Positions 61,001 to 64,000 of a DNA stretch of 64,000 bases are shown here, in pieces (the stretch's first letter is position 1; the number at the start of each line of letters is the position of its first letter). Location: NCBI GenBank assembly GCA_965217185.1, contig OZ244252.1:1120001-1184000 (forward strand), read 5' to 3'. The notes beneath the pieces were generated by a model. That model did no database searches, had not been told where the DNA came from, and saw only the letters and a list, made by a program, of their open reading frames with translations. A program made the position numbers and the translations under genes. This DNA comes from an uncultured Candidatus Entotheonella sp. (lineage in GTDB: Bacteria; Tectomicrobia; Entotheonellia; Entotheonellales; Entotheonellaceae).

Positions 61001-61173
61001 TGAACCGGCTGTACTTGTGCCATGCCCGCCAACGGCTGTGGCGCGGGCGCGTACAGGCGCTGGCGCCCTCGCCGTTCCTCGCCAATCTGGAAGAGGCCTT
61101 GCTGGACCGGCAAAGCTTCCAGTTTCAGGGAGTGCGGACGAAAGCGCCAGAGGCACAGCTCAAGCTCTTCTGA
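58030..61173 (+). CDS. EndoQ-like PHP/Zn-finger nuclease fused to a UvrD/Rep helicase
   Basis: DLHVHSKYSRA, NSDAHS, GKYHLDGHRAC..CSVCG; AGPGSGKT, DEYQD, TLHAAKGLEF, EERRLFYVG. Confidence 0.88.
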   Translation: MAFYADLHVHSKYSRATSPNCDLEHLALWARKKGITVVGTGDFTHPAWLAELQDKLVPAEPGLFRLRPDLERAITARLPRACHGPTRFMLSVEISTIYKKDEATRKIHHLIYAPDFATVEEVNHRLGKIGNLNSDGRPILGLDSRHLLEITLESRPGAYLVPAHIWTPWFAALGSKSGFDSIDLCYADLAPHIFAVETGLSSDPPMNWRVSSLDRFRLVSNSDAHSPEKLGREACMFTGDLDYFAIRRALETGEGYAGTVEFFPEEGKYHLDGHRACQMRLEPHETRAAGGTCSVCGKALTVGVMHRVEALADRMDDAPPDTAGGVQSLVPLPEVLSELHQVGSKSKRVGYHYEQLLGQLGPELPLLTDVPLDDIRRVTSSLFAEAITRLRERRVIREAGYDGAYGTIRLFQPDELRRHTFGKSLFGDTVLLPLPPPDNPSPAAPVSHEPAPGPTPMMREAPAVYQQGNGVAPELDADQRRAVEAGTGPILVVAGPGSGKTRTLTHRIAHLIRHYDVPAAHCLAITFTRRAADEMRSRLQILLPDVWKHVPIFTFHALGLSILREHWNAAGLQRGFRIATPAQCLEIVRNEAEVSELQARRLLSAVSLAKRTQTTPKSAKAAHSYETYQRELTLRNLVDYDDLVGLAADVLASQPDLQASFRERYPWVFIDEYQDVDEQQVRLVKRLVPADGNVCAIGDGNQSIYGFRGADVRFFDRFQDDFPGVEVIRLRQNYRSQPHIVRLSTQLMARSAFRPEFASAHRNNGHRIMLHEAASEAAEAEFVVRTVEQLLGGHSFFSIDSGRAAEAAVDNLSFPDIAVLYRTEAQAPALVEALQRSGMPFQHRSHRLLIDHPGVAAVVETLMQREGSGSLDEQLNAAVASRVRNGNAEAGAATADCLKALDYLQPLAAACGNDVERFVAELALGIQVDTWDPRADRISLLTLHAAKGLEFPVVFIVGCEDGLLPLTWGERSQAELDEERRLFYVGMTRAMNRLYLCHARQRLWRGRVQALAPSPFLANLEEALLDRQSFQFQGVRTKAPEAQLKLF

Positions 61174-61211
61174 CGGCGCCTTGCAACCCTTTTACGTGTG
61201 GAGTAGTCATC

Positions 61212-61550
61212 ATGCCCCATACCAATACGGAGAAATGGTTAGTCGCATTTCTGATTCTTGTCCTACTCTCGGCTACGACGGTTGCAACGGCTCAGGAAGC
61301 CGTCAGGCCCTACGAGACTGAGGGGGCAGACGAGACGATAGATGAACCGAATGCAGCCGGCATGATACTGGTGGATGCCTTCCTGCTGCGGCCCCTTGGT
61401 CTTGCCGCTACCGTTTTGGGTACGGCTACGTTCATTGTCACGCTTCCCTTCAGCCTGCCGACACGCAGCGCCGGCAAGGCAGCCAAAGTCCTGGTCGTCA
61501 AGCCGGCCAAATTTACCTTCGCGCGGCCCTTGGGCGAGGTCGACCCCTAG
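61212..61550 (+). CDS. Small exported/membrane hypothetical protein
   Basis: Signal peptide; DAFLLRPLGLAATVLG...LPFS...TFARPLG. Confidence 0.7.
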   Translation: MPHTNTEKWLVAFLILVLLSATTVATAQEAVRPYETEGADETIDEPNAAGMILVDAFLLRPLGLAATVLGTATFIVTLPFSLPTRSAGKAAKVLVVKPAKFTFARPLGEVDP

Positions 61551-61585
61551 GCCGCCATACGCATTCCCTATGAGAGGATGAACCC

Positions 61586-62665
61586 ATGAAATTTGGGCTA
61601 ATGTATGAGATCCAGATTCCAGAACCCCATTATCCGGGCATCGAACGGGACGTGTATAAACAAGTCCTTGAGCAGGTGACGCTTGCTGACGAGGTGGGGT
61701 TCGACCATTTCTGGACGGTAGAGCATCATTTTCTGAAGGAGTTCTCGCACTGCTCGGCGCCGGAAGTGCTGTACGGCGCGATTTCCCAGCGCACCTCGAA
61801 CATTCGCATTGGCCACGCCGTGGCCCTGCTGCCGCCGCAGTACAACCATCCGGTGCGGGTTGCCGAGCGCGCCGCGGTGCTGGACATCCTCAGCGACGGG
61901 CGCTGCGATCTCGGTACCGGGCGCTCCACGACGCTGATCGAGATGGACGGTTTCCAGATCAGCCCCGAGGACACGCGGGCGATGTGGGAAGAGGCCGTCA
62001 GCATCATCCCGCGCATGTGGACGGAAGACCCCTTCGAGCACGATGGCCATTACTTCAAGATTCCGCCGCGTTCGGTCATTCCCAAGCCGGTGCAGGATCC
62101 GCACCCGCCGCTGTGGGTCGCCTGCGGCCAGCCGGAAAGCTTCTACGCGGCGGGCGAGAAGGGCTTGGGCGCCCTGTGCTTCAATATCGGCGTGCCCGAG
62201 GAGCTTCGCAACCGTATCGACAATTACCGCAAGGGCATTGCGAACGCCAAACCGGTGGGGAAGTTCGTCAACAACCAAGTGGCGGCGCTGTGCATCCTGC
62301 ATTGTGCCGAGACCGACGAGGAAGCCATCGATAACGCCGGCATGCACGGATTGTGGTTCATGGACAAAACGGTGGACCTGTACCAGCCGTGGCGCCAGAA
62401 GGGCAACGAGGTGCCGGATTCATACAAGTTTGCGGTGGATGCGGTGCAGAAGGAACGCGCCGGGCGCACGATTCAGGATTACGTCGACGGGGGGACGTTC
62501 TGCATCGGCAACCCTGACACGTGCATCGAGACGATCAAGAAGTACGAGGAGCAAGGCGTCGACCAGGTCTTGTGCTTCATGCAATACGGCAAGCTGCCGC
62601 ACGACAAGATCATGAGTGCCCTGCGGCTGATGGGCAAGCACGTGATGCCGTATTTCCGGCAATAA
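61586..62665 (+). CDS. LLM-class flavin-dependent oxidoreductase
   Basis: WTVEHHF, HPVRVAE, LSDGR, PKPVQDPHPP. Confidence 0.9.
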   Translation: MKFGLMYEIQIPEPHYPGIERDVYKQVLEQVTLADEVGFDHFWTVEHHFLKEFSHCSAPEVLYGAISQRTSNIRIGHAVALLPPQYNHPVRVAERAAVLDILSDGRCDLGTGRSTTLIEMDGFQISPEDTRAMWEEAVSIIPRMWTEDPFEHDGHYFKIPPRSVIPKPVQDPHPPLWVACGQPESFYAAGEKGLGALCFNIGVPEELRNRIDNYRKGIANAKPVGKFVNNQVAALCILHCAETDEEAIDNAGMHGLWFMDKTVDLYQPWRQKGNEVPDSYKFAVDAVQKERAGRTIQDYVDGGTFCIGNPDTCIETIKKYEEQGVDQVLCFMQYGKLPHDKIMSALRLMGKHVMPYFRQ

Positions 62666-62716
62666 TGTTTGGTTTCAGAGTTGTAAGAGTCAAAGCGTTC
62701 AGGTAGGAAATGAGAG

Positions 62717-62745
62717 AGGCGCCTCGCACCCGCGAGGCGCCTTTT
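62717..62745. terminator. Hairpin between convergent LLM genes
   Basis: AGGCGCCTCGC...GCGAGGCGCCT followed by a T-run. Confidence 0.7.
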
Positions 62746-62750
62746 GAGGA

Positions 62751-63605
62751 TCAGGCCAGAATGAGTCGGGCGATCTCGTCCATTTCAGCGAGGGCGCCCT
62801 CGCTTTCCGTTTGCTCCAGCCAGATGGTGACGCGATTTGCGCCCGCGTCGATCAATTCCGCCACCGCCTCGCGGCTCCTGAAATGGCCGGCGTGTCCGAA
62901 AGCCATGATCTGCACGGTATTCGGGTCGCGGCCGGCGGCTTCGGCGAGTTCGCTGAGGGTGTTGCGGCCGCGCCGGATCTCGTCGGCCGAGACGCGGTTC
63001 GGCATCCAGCCGTCGCCCCATTCGACCACGCGCTTGAAGACGTTCTGCGCCTTGCCGCCCAGGAAGACCGGCGGGTGCGGTTTTTGAGCGGGTTTCGGCA
63101 TCGAAAGCACCGGCGGGAAATCGTAGTAAGCGCCGTGGTATTCTGCCTCATCCTGGGTCCACAACGCCTTCATGGCCAGGATGGCGTCGCGCGTCTGGGT
63201 CCAGCGATGCGCGAAATCACCACCCATCATCTCGCTCTCTTCCTTGTGCCACCCCGCCCCGATGCCGAACAGGAAACGCCCGCCGGACGCCTGATCCAGC
63301 GAGGCGATGACCTTCGCAAGATGCAGGGGGTTGTGCTCCGGGACCAGGCAAATGCCAGTACCCAGCTTGATCGTCTGGGTGACGGCGGAGGCGCGTGCCA
63401 GGGCAATAAACGGATCGACGATGCGGCCGTAGGTGTCGGGAACCGCGCCGTCAGGCGAACCCGGAAAACGCGACGTGGTGTGGACGGGCAGGATGACGTG
63501 CTCGGGCACCCAATAGGACTCGAAGCCCAGGTCTTCGGCATGCTTGGCGAGCACCGCCGAATCCACCGACGTGTTGGTTTGGAAAACGAAAATGCCGACA
63601 TTCAT
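62751..63605 (-). CDS. LLM-class probable F420-dependent oxidoreductase
   Basis: GFESYWVPEH, DPFIAL, SGGRFLFGIGAGW, GDGWMP. Confidence 0.9.
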   Translation of the reverse strand: MNVGIFVFQTNTSVDSAVLAKHAEDLGFESYWVPEHVILPVHTTSRFPGSPDGAVPDTYGRIVDPFIALARASAVTQTIKLGTGICLVPEHNPLHLAKVIASLDQASGGRFLFGIGAGWHKEESEMMGGDFAHRWTQTRDAILAMKALWTQDEAEYHGAYYDFPPVLSMPKPAQKPHPPVFLGGKAQNVFKRVVEWGDGWMPNRVSADEIRRGRNTLSELAEAAGRDPNTVQIMAFGHAGHFRSREAVAELIDAGANRVTIWLEQTESEGALAEMDEIARLILA

Positions 63606-63631
63606 GATTATTGGCTCCCTTGGATGTTCGT

Positions 63632-64000
63632 TTAGGCAGTGAAGTCTTCCGCCCCCACTTCCAGCCGTACGGTTTGCCGCACCGACGGCGGCAATGATTC
63701 GATGCAACTGGCGAGGCAGGTATCAATATCCGGGGCAAAAGCGTCGTGGGTGGTCATGAAGGCGTCCAGGTCGCCGGCGCCTCTGGCAATCATCTCCCGG
63801 GCGATGGCGTGGGTGGCCAGGGAATGTTCCGGGTAGCGGTCCAGGATGTAGGAAAACGTCAGGGTGATGTTGATCATCGGCTGAATGGATAACCGGGGCA
63901 GGCCCTTCTCCTGCGCCAGCTTGGCGGCGTAAATGGCATCCACCACGGCGTGCCGGATGCTGAAGCCGGTGCCCCAGTCGTCGTCCTTGACGCCCTTGCT
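63632..64000 (-). CDS. C-terminal part of an unidentified protein (runs off window)
   Basis: Open frame continuing to the window edge, host-like codon usage. Confidence 0.55.
   Translation of the reverse strand, partial: SKGVKDDDWGTGFSIRHAVVDAIYAAKLAQEKGLPRLSIQPMINITLTFSYILDRYPEHSLATHAIAREMIARGAGDLDAFMTTHDAFAPDIDTCLASCIESLPPSVRQTVRLEVGAEDFTA

Overview
GC-rich bacterial chromosomal window; its content (several LLM oxidoreductases, TRAP transporter, Sel1 remnant, heavy IS load) resembles sponge-symbiont lineages such as Tectomicrobia, but that is inference only. Four zones: (1) 1-20.6 kb, a decayed mobile island of nested IS5/IS701/IS1182-like elements, Tn3 debris, several MITEs and cargo genes (Ca/Na antiporter, HU, relBE, desaturase, acyl-CoA dehydrogenase), ending at an integrase remnant; (2) 20.7-44.7 kb, mostly metabolic genes (ogt, hpaB/extradiol dioxygenase, lutABC, tRNA-Thr, HtrA, trehalose synthase fusion, NhaD with an inserted PAS domain, TRAP SBP); (3) 45.3-55.9 kb, an accessory island; (4) 56-64 kb, TRAP permeases, an EndoQ-UvrD fusion and LLM enzymes. 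The best candidate for an undescribed system is zone 3: six clear (plus one degenerate) 28-bp dif-like XerC/XerD sites, all in direct orientation, tightly bracket gene modules (lipoprotein, membrane protein, MmeI-type R-M enzyme, GNAT toxin-antitoxin), i.e. an integron-like cassette array with no integrase of its own, apparently built by host Xer recombination. Zone 3 also holds an ORF-less group II intron. All assignments were made by eye; no searches were run.
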